Origin: Fistulifera solaris
Lineage: Eukaryota
Direction: 5' to 3'
Assembly: GCA_030295235.1 (NCBI GenBank)
Contig: AP026140.1
Span: 620,001 to 684,000 of the forward strand
Length of the DNA: 64,000 nt
Numbering within the stretch: the stretch's first letter is position 1; each line of letters opens with the position of its first letter. The notes under the pieces were generated by a model. The model did not search any database, was not told the origin of the DNA, and saw only the letters and a program-made list of their open reading frames with translations. Of this stretch, positions 11,656 through 21,086 are shown in pieces. The position numbers and the translations under genes are program-made.

Positions 11656-12858
11656 ATGACCAACGGAGATAACATTGAAGGTCTCTCCCGGTTCATGGGA
11701 GGATTGACGGTCGATACGTTACGACGATCGTCTCCTTTACACCCTTCGCGAACATTGCGCATTAGTGAAGCCGAAGCTTCTACTACAGTTGCTGCGTTGG
11801 ATACGAGTCGTCGACCTCGATCGAATCCGCGGGTACGGACGCCGATGCGGTACGAATCGCCGCTCAATCCGGACGAGTTCCGACGTCATCGTCCGGAAGA
11901 CGACGAAGAACGGATGGGTCTTTTCAGCGGGGCGTCCCGTGGGCGCCATGGAAAATCGAGTACGTATGCTTGTTGTTCCTCGAAGCATGAACGTTCCTCG
12001 AAGCATGAACCAAAAAGCGTCTTTTCTGATGTGTTGTTATGCAGTTGCAGATTCCGGAAGAGCGGCCGGCAAAATCACGTAAACAGGGACCTTCTCATCG
12101 CAAAATAAGACGATGGAACAACGATAAATTTCATCGCATAGCACACGAGTTGAAAGGAACGAAAGCGGCCGATGTTTTGATGCAAGGAGAAGCCGAGCAC
12201 CGCTATCGCACCATTTTGGATCCCGATTTGCAACAATCCAAACAAATGACTCGGTACGTATTTTATCTCGCGCACGGACACCATAGACTTCGATTGGAAC
12301 CTCAATAATATCTACGTTGACATGACTAGATTTTTGCAGGACAAAACGTTACAAGGTCTCCGCGATCGGTTCTTTGAAGGCGAATTCGCGACAATGCGTA
12401 CGCCGCACAAAGTTCATCCTACACCGGACGATTCTCCCGAGCAATGGATGAAACGCATCGATAGTCGCTTGCGGCCGGTGATCATCAAAGCCTGTACCAA
12501 CTCGTATCCGGCCACTTGTGTGGTCAAGGTCATGGAAGAGTTTTTGGTGCAGCTGTACTATGACACGCCATCCCAGCCATTGCCGCTGCATTGGTGGCAT
12601 GACTTGTTGGTCAAAGCACCAGAATTGGCAGACATGAATGGTAAAAGGGTCGTCGAGTTTAGTTTTCCCGTCGACTCTTCACAAGGGGGCTTTCATCGAT
12701 TATTGTTGCACGCTGTGGCACAATTTCATGGACTCCATGTCGTCTCTCGATTGATTCCGAATCAAGCACGTTTTCTATCCGTCTCGGGGTACATAGATTC
12801 GGAAGGTCCCGCGTTTTCTTTATTGGATCACCTAGAGAGAGGTAATGATCCCTCTTAA
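11656..12858 (+). CDS. R3H-domain protein (R3HDM4-like) with two probable introns (~11960-12050, ~12254-12339)
   Basis: RKIRRWNNDKF (R3H-associated-like) and FHRLLLHAVAQFHGL (RxxxH); GTACGT...CAG intron boundaries. Confidence 0.7.
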
Positions 12859-12927
12859 ATGAGGGCCAGGAGTCGCTATAATAGTTGTGCGGTAATTTAT
12901 TAATTATTAGTTCTATACATCTCGAGA

Positions 12928-14821
12928 CTAGGACGAATGATTGGCTTTTTGCGATTCGTTCAAAAAGTCAAATGTCATATCACCAATGGCTTGAGCAATG
13001 TTTCGTGCGGCGTAAGGAACACCTTTGATCTTGGCGGACCGACTCAGTTGCTCCAGTTTGGTGGGATCGGTGAGCCACATGCAAACTTCTTCCGCAATGG
13101 CCATGGGATCCGAATCACTGCAATACGCGCCAAAGCCTCCCTCTACCACATACTCCACATTTCCTTCCTCTTGGCCTGGTAGAAATGAAGTAAGCATGAT
13201 CGGGAGTGAAAGGGCAGCGGCTTCGGAAATCGTTCCAGGGCCTGCTTTGGATACTAATATGTCAGCCGCCACCATGTATTCGGCAATGTTGGATACAAAG
13301 CCTACACCCAATACTTGCACCGATCCAGCATTTTCCGTGCTGGTATTACTATTAACTTCCACGGGTACCGCTTCTTCCTCTCCTTGACTTTCGGAAACAT
13401 CACCCGACTCTTCCTCCACGGGGTCTCTCTTGTCGTCAGTAGTAGTAGCTATATCGCCATTCAAGGACGTCAGGTAAGCACCGCCCAAAGACAGGCTTCC
13501 TTGACTCAGCATACGTCGTATCGAGCCTGTCACACCACTGGTCTCTATACATCCCGGCGAAGGAATCACACTCTGAGGGCCGCAAACATCCATGCTCAAA
13601 AATCGGTTGGTTAACCCCATCCGTTGCTTGGCCGCTTGCCAACGATTCAACACGTGTTTCCAGTCTCGTTCAGCAAAATCTTTCCGTAATTTTTCGTTGC
13701 GACCGCAAATCACCACAATTAACGCGTCGATGCCCTGTGTCACAAGCTCCACGTACATGGCGTCGACAATGTGGGAAAGAGAACCGACGCCTTCACCCCC
13801 TCCCATGACCAATATGGTTGGTTTATCAATAACTGGCAATTCGAGTTGTTGGCGCACGGTTTGCTGGTAGGCTTTTCCTTCCGGCGACATGCGATCGCCC
13901 AAATTTTCGGACTGCACGGCAAAGTCATGTCGAATGGGCAAACCCGCTAGTACAATCTTCTCCTCGGGTACTTTGCCTCGGGACATGGCCAATTGCTTCA
14001 CTTGCTCCGATCCTACAAACATTTTGTCCACACCATTCGCGAACCAGAGACAATGTGCGGAACCCAAGTCGGTTACCACAGTAAACATGGGCAATTTCTT
14101 GCCCAATTCTTTGGTGATTTTACTGCACGACAAGACCGGAACGTTCGTCATTAACGGATGAACGCTGATGACCACATCAGGATTGTAGCTTTTAATCGAT
14201 TTGCGGACTGCTTTCTCACACATTAACTTCAAATGCGCGTCGGCGAGCATTTCGAAGGCACGGCTGTTCGACACATTATACACCAACTTCCACTGAGAAG
14301 GGTGGGCACTCAAGTGCTTGTACCCTTTCACCAACGAATTGTACGGCGGAACTCCGTCTTTCTCCACAATATCTAAGAGGTCGTACGTCGATCCCGGGAA
14401 AAGGAGTTGAAATTGCTTCGCCAGAGATTCAGCGCTAGCACGGTGACCTCCACCAGTATCACTCGATAGGAAAAGAATCTTCAAACCTCTTGTTTGCTTT
14501 GACGATAATAATTCATCCATTTTAACACTATCCTCCACGCAAATTTCCTTCAAATGAAAAGGTTAGCGAGAAAATTCAGATGCGAAAAAGCAGGCAACAA
14601 GAACAGAAGAGACACTCATCGATGATTTTTGTTTTAGTTGCATGTGTCATCGAATGAATCTCCTGCCAACGAATACGAATAGGGCTAAATATTTCGCACA
14701 ACATTCGCAACTATGCCATGAGGAAACAACACCATTTCGGAGCACTTACCGCCATGTTTTGTTGTTGATGATTCGAAATGTCACGACTCCTTGGTGAATG
14801 GATTGCTTCAATCGCTGTCAT
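12928..14821 (-). CDS. MGD: Monogalactosyldiacylglycerol synthase (GT28); exon 1 14821-14750, intron 14749-14548; no plastid presequence
   Basis: SDTGGGHRASA, ISVHPLM, TVVTDL, GLPIR, MGGGEGVG, KAGPGTISEA and PGQEEGN motifs; GTAAGT donor, CTAAC branch point and AG acceptor in phase 0. Confidence 0.93.
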
Positions 14822-15243
14822 GTTGAAGGGTGTGACAGGTTTCTTTTTGGCAAAATGGAAGAGAGGATGAAGAAAGCGCAAGACGAGGAAGTAACGCACT
14901 TTTTCAAAACGTCTATGTAATCAAGCTAGATGGCTTTGCTGGCGTTTTACTATAAAAGTCAATGTAGCCCACTATTTTGCTTTTGTACGAAACCGTTAAA
15001 ACTCGTGAGTGCCGTTACAGTACAATATAAGCTTATATACAGCCAGCACACAAACAGATGCAAAAGGGCTAGGTTTTTTTTCCTCGTGAGAGTCATGATC
15101 ATGAGTCAAGAGGCTAACAACTTAGGTATAGAAACAACTAGAGACCTAGCCTACAATCAATCTGAAGCAACAATGTAGGCTTGATTTTACATTACAATTA
15201 ATTCCAGAAACTAATTCGGAACATGTAGCCATTTGACGTGTTT

Positions 15244-16608
15244 TTAAAGCTCGACGGTATCGGGCAAGTATCCTTGCTTGGACGATTTTCTCCTAGGTCG
15301 ATTCAGTTCGCGTTGCCGCTTCAGAAACAGCTTGCGTTCTCGGTCATTCACAGTGATATCTTCGGGATTCACGGTTAACATTTCCGGATAAGTCTCGCTC
15401 ACATATACGTGTTGAATATCATACGGCGAGCCGGGTTGCTCCGCATCCGAAAAGTCATCGTCCGTAATCACTTCGGCACTCAAGGTACGATCACGGTGGG
15501 TGCCGCGTCTTTCCAGATAATCACTGTTGGACGAGCGGGGTGATACCGTTTTTGCGCCTCCCGTTAAGCTTGCATCATCCAACGTGCCCCTAGATTTCGA
15601 AGTGGGACTTTTAGGACGTCGAGTTACGACGAAAAACGTTCGCAGAATACAGTAACCCAAGCCGACAATAAAGCAAGTAATCAACGCAACGGCAATCAAG
15701 AAAATGCCAATATCTTTGATTCCACTGGAAGGCAAGAGGTCGGATTCGGGTGCGGTGATATCAGAAACAGTACCCTCATTGTCAGGCTGCTCCTCCGTAT
15801 CGGTTTCGTTTGGCGGTTCCTCTCTGTCCGTTTCGTCTGGCTGTTCCTCTGTATTCGTTTCGTCCGGCTGCTCTTCTGTATCCGTCTCCCCAGGCTGTTC
15901 CTCCGCATCAGTCTCAGATGGGAAAACCAGCTCATTGGAGCCAAAGTCAATGGTGTTATTGTGAATGAGCGGAAGAACAGTGTCCTTGATGGCAGTGAAA
16001 TTGATGGAAGGGATCGTCTCCGCAAAGTACAAGACAGCGGATCCCATCATACGAAAGCAACTTGTACTTGTCGGATTACTCTGACAATTCACACTCAATA
16101 TGGTCGGGTGCGAGGCGGAACCAACACCCCACAGTCCCTCCAGACGACTTTGCGCTAGTTTGCGGCTGCCATTTAAGAATTTGTCACACACACCGCTCTC
16201 GAGCAGGAGCGAATCCCGCAAATAGCGGATCAGTTTCGTTTGAATCGATCGAGACTCCAGTATAGGGTCACTCGTTGTCGTGAGCTCAAAAATATACGTC
16301 ACAACAAAACTGTTGCGTGTTCCGTAAACATCATTTTTCACGGCACTCTGACAAGCTTTCGCCAACGAAGGGCCACCATCCGTATCCGCGTTGTTTGTAT
16401 TCTCATCAGTTGCAGGCATAACAGCTGTCGCTGGAGCAGAGATTGGGGAAGCTACCGGTGTAGGGAAGATATTTGTTGAAGTGGGCGCTCCGCCATCGGG
16501 TGCCCCGGCTGGAGTAGACGAGTTCGTTTGAAGGGCGCGGCGAGAAAACGCGTGCTCGGATGAATGCACCGTGCCAAAAAAGCACAGAGATAGAATGAAT
16601 AATTGCAT
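15244..16608 (-). CDS. Type-I membrane protein with acidic tandem repeats
   Basis: Signal peptide MQLFILSLCFFG, RRAL/RKL motifs, one TM helix, cytosolic tail. Confidence 0.75.
   Translation of the reverse strand: MQLFILSLCFFGTVHSSEHAFSRRALQTNSSTPAGAPDGGAPTSTNIFPTPVASPISAPATAVMPATDENTNNADTDGGPSLAKACQSAVKNDVYGTRNSFVVTYIFELTTTSDPILESRSIQTKLIRYLRDSLLLESGVCDKFLNGSRKLAQSRLEGLWGVGSASHPTILSVNCQSNPTSTSCFRMMGSAVLYFAETIPSINFTAIKDTVLPLIHNNTIDFGSNELVFPSETDAEEQPGETDTEEQPDETNTEEQPDETDREEPPNETDTEEQPDNEGTVSDITAPESDLLPSSGIKDIGIFLIAVALITCFIVGLGYCILRTFFVVTRRPKSPTSKSRGTLDDASLTGGAKTVSPRSSNSDYLERRGTHRDRTLSAEVITDDDFSDAEQPGSPYDIQHVYVSETYPEMLTVNPEDITVNDRERKLFLKRQRELNRPRRKSSKQGYLPDTVEL
15785..15920 (-). repeat. 27-bp coding minisatellite (ETDTEEQPD-like, about 5 copies)
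   Basis: ETDAEEQPG ETDTEEQPD ETNTEEQPD ETDREEPPN ETDTEEQPD in translation. Confidence 0.85.
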
Positions 16609-17404
16609 GATGGTTGTTGATCGCGTGTCAATGATCAATGATGTTGTAATGTTTGCTTGACCCCGAACGTCGTTGTTATTGTGTGATACCAAATTAATGA
16701 GGCACAAGACGCGACAAATACGATGAGTGCAGGTCCTGTAAACCGAAGAAGCACTGGCACCTTCTTCTACTATCACATTCGCCTCTTACTAGATTGTTAT
16801 TGCAAGCAATGGATACGGCAGTGTGTCATTATTCTTTCGAGGATACTCACAAAATAATTCGTTCGGCGGTCCTGTTCTGAAAAATCTTCGGAGCTTTTTC
16901 CAAAGTTGCATCCATTTTCTAAGTAAAACACAAGTTTGGCCGGCACGAGCCGTTCAATAAGCCGTTGGGGTATTACTCTAGCACATAGTGTACTGGGCGC
17001 GTCATAGGAAACCGCAACCGCCTGTTCGTGCGTCCTGCGTGTTTCCCCTTCTAAAGTCTCAAGTCACGACTCATTCGTGACTTTTCTGAAACGTGGATTG
17101 TTTTGCAGTTGCGTCCGCGGGCTTTCGAAAGCGGGAACCAACCAAAAGCTTGTGCCCCCTTTCACTATTGCTTAAAGTGTACCCCCGGCTCAGATGTTTC
17201 TACGTCATTCCGTCTCCCGACCGCAACGCCAACCAAATTTTTTTTCCAGCTCCAAGATCTCGCGAAGAAAAACGAAAAGCGAACGTTTGCGAGAGCGATC
17301 GGATCCAACAGGAAATTACAAAGAACGACGAGCTTTTTGTTTGACGCAATACGGTACAATTATTTTACTCAAATCATAATCATCAACAACACAAAGCAAT
17401 CATC

Positions 17405-18658
17405 ATGACTGACAGCAAACCCAAAGTTCTCCTCGCTTACTCGGGCGGTCTCGATACGTCGGTGATCCTCAAGTGGCTCAGCGAGAAAGGATACGACGTC
17501 GTGGCGTTTTGCGCGAATGTCGGTCAGCATGAAGAAGACTTCTCGGCGATCCAAGCCAAGGCTGTTTCGTGCGGTGCCAGCAAGTGCATTGTCTCGGACC
17601 TTCGCAAGGACTTTGTAGACAACTATGTCTTTGAAGCCATCAAGACGAACGCCATTTACGAAGGCCGTTATTTGCTCGGAACTTCCATCGCTCGCCCCTG
17701 CATTGCCAAGGAGATGATCCGCATCGCCAACGAAGAAGGGTGCTCGTACATTGCTCACGGTGCTACTGGAAAGGGAAACGATCAAGTACGCTTCGAAATG
17801 TGCTGCCAGGCTTTGAGTCCGACCATTCAGTGCGTCGCTCCGTGGCGCGATGCCGAGTTCATTGAGTCTTTCAAGGGACGCAGTGATTTGCTCGCGTACT
17901 GCACAAAGCACAGCATCCCTGTGGATGCCAAGCCCAAAGCCAATTACTCGATCGACGAGAACCTTTTCCACACATCGTACGAGTCGGGTATGCTCGAAGA
18001 CGCCATGTGTGGACCGGATGAAAGCATGTTCAAGATGACCACGTCGCCCAAGACTGCTCCGGATGCTGGAGAAATTGTCGAAATCGAATTTGTGCAGGGC
18101 ATCCCTACCAAAATTACCAACAAGACCGATGGTACGGAAATTACGGATTCTCTGGAATTGTTCTTGTACTGCAACAAGATTGCGGGCAAGCACGGTGTCG
18201 GCCGCATTGATATTGTCGAAAACCGATTTGTCGGTATCAAGAGTCGGGGTGTCTACGAGACGCCCGGAGGTACCTTGCTTCGCGCGGCTCACATGGACCT
18301 GGAAGGGATCACCATGGACCGCGAAGTCAAGCGCATCACCGAAGGACTTTCGGCCGAATTCGCTCGCCTTTGTTACAACGGTTTCTGGTTTGCTCCCGAA
18401 ATGGAGTTGATCCGCCATTCCATCACGTTCTCACAGCGCGATGTGACCGGCTTGGTCAAACTCGAATTGTACAAGGGAAATGTCACGGTAATGGGCCGAT
18501 CGTCGCCCAAGGCATTGTACAATGCGGACTTGGCCAGTATGGACCAAGAAGGCGGTGGTGAGGCCTTTGACTACAATCCGGCGGATGCCAACGGTTTTAT
18601 CCGCATCAATGCCGTTCGTCTCAAAACTTACGCTGCTCTTCGCGCCAAGGATGCTTAA
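17405..18658 (+). CDS. ASS1: Argininosuccinate synthase
   Basis: LAYSGGLDTS, HGATGKGNDQVRFE, IVENRFVGIKSRGVYETPG; intact and intronless. Confidence 0.98.
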   Translation: MTDSKPKVLLAYSGGLDTSVILKWLSEKGYDVVAFCANVGQHEEDFSAIQAKAVSCGASKCIVSDLRKDFVDNYVFEAIKTNAIYEGRYLLGTSIARPCIAKEMIRIANEEGCSYIAHGATGKGNDQVRFEMCCQALSPTIQCVAPWRDAEFIESFKGRSDLLAYCTKHSIPVDAKPKANYSIDENLFHTSYESGMLEDAMCGPDESMFKMTTSPKTAPDAGEIVEIEFVQGIPTKITNKTDGTEITDSLELFLYCNKIAGKHGVGRIDIVENRFVGIKSRGVYETPGGTLLRAAHMDLEGITMDREVKRITEGLSAEFARLCYNGFWFAPEMELIRHSITFSQRDVTGLVKLELYKGNVTVMGRSSPKALYNADLASMDQEGGGEAFDYNPADANGFIRINAVRLKTYAALRAKDA

Positions 18659-18736
18659 TGGAATATTTTAGTTTAGTTTAGAACTGTCTATCCATCCGTT
18701 TGCATTTTCTTACTATTTCCATCGAAAGTCCTCAAG

Positions 18737-20494
18737 TCAGCTGCGTATTTGTGATAACAAAATCATCATCTTCATCGTCGATGGTAAAGTTTTCCGAATC
18801 ATCTGTTGGGAGGGCTGTATGCCCACTCCTTCTTTGCCATCATCAGCGTCACCGCCGTAACATACTGGCTCTTCGACCATTATACCATCCATTTCGGCTC
18901 TCCCCGGAGCGCCCATTTTGCGCTGTAGGTTCAAAGGGACCCAATGTGCAAAATACAGATAGGTAAACAGACCTCCCAGTGTCATGCCAAAGAAAACCAA
19001 TAATAGAAAACCTCCGAACGCACTGCGCGACGACACCAATATGGCGGTCGCTTGAGTCACAGCCGGGGTGAACTCCACGGGAATAGCATAAAGCCTTTCG
19101 CAGTTTCGCGTTTTCACGTCGTAATACATGGCTTCCAACAACTTTGTGGAGTCACAAATTTCTTGCCCACTCGGGCACCCTTTCATTTGATCGGTGATGA
19201 CCTTGCCATCGTAGATCATTCGGAAGCCAAAATCAGATGTATACAATGCTGGGTCCTTGCGGCCATCCAGATTAATCTCATGAATCTCAATGATCAACAT
19301 ACTGGCATACGTGGGCCATTGTTCGTCAAACATATCCATACTCGCCAAAATGGCCATGATGGTCGAGTCATGACCGGAAAACAACGCGAATGGCGGCACG
19401 TACGTTTCTCCTCCGCTCTCCACAAAGGTTTGTATGTTTTTCATGATTTCGGCACGCAAGGGTCCCGAAACCAGCTTGCTGTATTCCGCAAAGTCAAACG
19501 TCGCCAACATGGTTCTTTGTTGAACGTAAAAGCGCAATAGGCGAGAAAACATACTCGTTTCGCTATTCTGGTCGCCGTCGTAATCGTTGATTTTCGGATG
19601 TAGTTCACGATCGGAACAGATGGTCGTCAAAAGACAATCGGAGATGTCTCCCGTACTTCCGAGTACTTCTTGTTGAAATTGACGCAGTTCCTTCGCATCA
19701 TCGGATTCATTGAAAATCCGAAAGTCCCGCGTACGATAGAATCGTTCTCGGAACTCCGCCAATCGGGGACACAACGCTTCATGATCTCCGACAATATCAC
19801 GTGTATAATCGGCAGTATGGATCGTCAAACCGCCACTTTGCTCCAGTTCCTTTCCCAACATGGCCTGTAACAACAATTGTCCCGATTGTAACGTCCTTTG
19901 TTCATCGTCCGATCGGAAGTAGACGGCCTTGTCCAAGGAACCTCCCAAAGGTAAATGTAAATTTTTGTGGGAAGGCCCATCCTCATCATCACTATGAATA
20001 TACGCACGTCGCAAATGCAATCCATTGGTAAGTTGTTGTTGCATCCCTTGTTCCAACAATTGTCCGATTTGACACGTCCCCGGTAAGATGTTGGACAAAT
20101 TGTATTGCGGAAATTGCAACGCATCGTAGATTTGCGGAAAGGTCAACCATTCGTCATCGGTAGCCCGATCGGCCGCCAAATAGGTACTGGGAGGACACGT
20201 CCAGGGTTCGAGCGGAACACCGCACGTTTGGTTGTGCACCGGCGTCCGCGCCCCGTGCCGCAGAATCACAGTGACGTGCTGTAACCGACTTTCGCCGTGC
20301 CCTACTGTAGTGAGAGGCGGAATGGTCCGATTTTGCATTTGTGCGGTGGTCGAACATTGTGGCGGATAGTGGGAATAGCGTTGATACCACGATTCGGCAT
20401 TGGCACTAAAGACGACTTGCGCGTGTGAAGGTGTGTGCAAGAAAAGAAGCAGCAGCAGCACGGTGATGCGGCGGTTGCCGCTGTTCCATTGCAT
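18737..20494 (-). CDS. Histidine acid phosphatase, secretory, with C-terminal TM helix; last residues possibly frameshifted
   Basis: Signal peptide, RHGARTP, GQLL..G..Q, RS...RT.QS and SGHDST motifs. Confidence 0.9.
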   Translation of the reverse strand: MQWNSGNRRITVLLLLLFLHTPSHAQVVFSANAESWYQRYSHYPPQCSTTAQMQNRTIPPLTTVGHGESRLQHVTVILRHGARTPVHNQTCGVPLEPWTCPPSTYLAADRATDDEWLTFPQIYDALQFPQYNLSNILPGTCQIGQLLEQGMQQQLTNGLHLRRAYIHSDDEDGPSHKNLHLPLGGSLDKAVYFRSDDEQRTLQSGQLLLQAMLGKELEQSGGLTIHTADYTRDIVGDHEALCPRLAEFRERFYRTRDFRIFNESDDAKELRQFQQEVLGSTGDISDCLLTTICSDRELHPKINDYDGDQNSETSMFSRLLRFYVQQRTMLATFDFAEYSKLVSGPLRAEIMKNIQTFVESGGETYVPPFALFSGHDSTIMAILASMDMFDEQWPTYASMLIIEIHEINLDGRKDPALYTSDFGFRMIYDGKVITDQMKGCPSGQEICDSTKLLEAMYYDVKTRNCERLYAIPVEFTPAVTQATAILVSSRSAFGGFLLLVFFGMTLGGLFTYLYFAHWVPLNLQRKMGAPGRAEMDGIMVEEPVCYGGDADDGKEGVGIQPSQQMIRKTLPSTMKMMILLSQIRS

Positions 20495-20794
20495 CTTTAC
20501 AAGCGATTGCAGCTAAGGTAAGTGCTATTTCATACAGGAGAGATTAGCTAGTCTAGTCCTGCAATATTCAATTGAAACTAGGAAAGAGGACGAAATGCAT
20601 TGTTCGCCTTTCTTATTGTGGTTATTTGTCCCACCAGATCGTTCCCTACTATTGCGTCACGAAACAATATAATGACCTCACGAACCAGGTGATCGATTAG
20701 AGTTATTGCTACCACGGCACACGGCAACAAAAATAAATAAGCGCGCGCGCCACGACCTTTTTTGCCGCATCATTTCCTCGCAACTAAAAACGAG

Positions 20795-20941
20795 AAGATT
20801 CTCTCACACACGTCGTTTGAATCTTTGGATGCTTCATCCAAGCGAGAAACGCTATTGTCTCAAAAATAGCTAAAAACACTGCTGGCGTACAGTGTCCTTT
20901 TGTGACGGACACTGCTGCAATCTGTGAATGTCGAAGATTCA
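20795..20941. promoter_or_regulatory. Candidate PSR boxes in the divergent promoter of two phosphatases
   Basis: TGAATCTT at 20818-20825 (+) and 20934-20941 (-); near match at 20795-20802 (-). Confidence 0.5.
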
Positions 20942-21086
20942 TTCATTCGTTTGAGAAGATAATGTAGTGTCATATCGCTTCTCTCGACGATCCTTTGGAT
21001 CGGCACACAAAAAGATCGAAAGCATTTTTCGGCTTCATTTTTGTGATTGTGCCGATCATTCTTTCTTTTGATTTTGCCTCTTCACC

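Noticed and set aside
11974..12010. 18-bp tandem duplication GTTCCTCGAAGCATGAAC
   Set aside because: Lies in a probable intron; ordinary slippage duplication
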